From NCBI GenBank assembly GCA_035221665.1, contig CM069161.1:3348001-3412000 (forward strand): DNA of 64,000 bases, read 5' to 3'. The notes below the pieces were generated by a model, which was not told the DNA's origin, did no database searches, and was given only the letters and a program-made list of their open reading frames with translations. A program made the translations under genes and the position numbers. This DNA comes from Okamejei kenojei. Its lineage: Eukaryota. How positions within the stretch are numbered: position 1 is the stretch's first letter; every line of letters starts with the position of its first letter. Shown piece after piece: positions 63,206 to 64,000 of the stretch.

Positions 63206-63342
63206 CTGAAGAAGGGTCCTGACCCGAAACATCACCCATTCATTTTCTCCAGAGATGCTGCCTGGCCCTTTGAGTTACTCCAGCGCTTTGTGTCTATCTT
63301 TGGTATAAACCAGCATCCGCAGTTCTTTGTTTCTACTGTTTA
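63206..63342 (+). mobile_element. Right arm of the split pLTR pair, with hammerhead motif
   Basis: ctgaagaagggtcctgacccgaaacatc... extending into the cagcatccgcagttctttg tail. Confidence 0.88.
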
Positions 63343-64000
63343 AACCGTGTCTTGAATCCTGGAATCCTACTTTTGATTAATGCGGCAGAATATTAAGTGT
63401 AAAATTTACTGATTATGTACTCCAGCAGTTAAGATAATTTACCTCTGATGTTTGCTCAAAGAATGTATCCTCTTCGATCAGCATAAACCAGTGGTCCACA
63501 CTATTTCGAGACTAATAATAAAGTCATGGTACTGTAGATTTGCAGACTCCAGCTTCAAAATGGTTTTTTTGTTATGACAAAAATGTTACTTAAATGATCC
63601 AGTCCGTGACTATTAATCACCGCAGCTCCAACTCTTCCCAGCTTCTAGCATTGAAATTAACAGTAACAGCCATCGTTGGTCTGGAGATTGGTCCCACAGT
63701 CACTGATAGAGGAATCGTTAGAGTCGACTGTTTGATCTGGGAGAGTTAAATCCCAAAGTGAAGCTTAAATTAGCAGTGGTGCAAAATCCTCTCATTACTG
63801 AGATGGTTCAGGGCCCCAAGGGAGCTCAGTGCAAAAGAAATTGACATTAGCACAGTAAACTAGCCAGCGACATTGATTCTAAAGCAATTAAGGAAATGCC
63901 AGTGCAATCTTCACAGCAGTTCAATTTATTTGGGAAGGAAAATGAGAAACGGAAAGCCTGACCAAGGGAATTAAAGAGCTGTCTGCCCGAGTCTGGGGCT

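Overview
This is eukaryotic, repeat-dense, apparently non-genic DNA. The repeat families (HE1/V-SINE-type and SacSINE1/Deu-type SINEs, HER1/CR1 LINEs) point to a cartilaginous fish, probably a skate or ray (inference). I recognise no host protein-coding exon; every interpretable ORF is transposon-derived and decayed. Main contents: (1) a structurally complete but frameshifted DIRS1-type tyrosine-recombinase retrotransposon (8173-13558: gag, RT/RNaseH/adenine-methyltransferase-like, YR, ICR), plus a second diverged copy running into a 500-N gap (36872-39044). (2) A 5'-truncated Penelope-like (Neptune-type) element with RT and GIY-YIG domains (15345-17854). (3) A near full-length CR1 LINE with a zinc-finger/esterase ORF1 (59207-63205), plus many CR1, Rex1/Babar and RTE fragments and a solo LTR. 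The most striking pattern is about 24 dispersed 90-230 bp insertions of the Penelope pseudo-LTR. Where the 5' end is intact they carry a minimal hammerhead ribozyme motif (CUGAnGA-stem II-GAAA-CG-UC), they often occur as asymmetric head-to-head pairs, and they are repeatedly flanked by ~14-bp target-site duplications. All family names were assigned by eye; no database search was run, and boundaries of old fragments are approximate.
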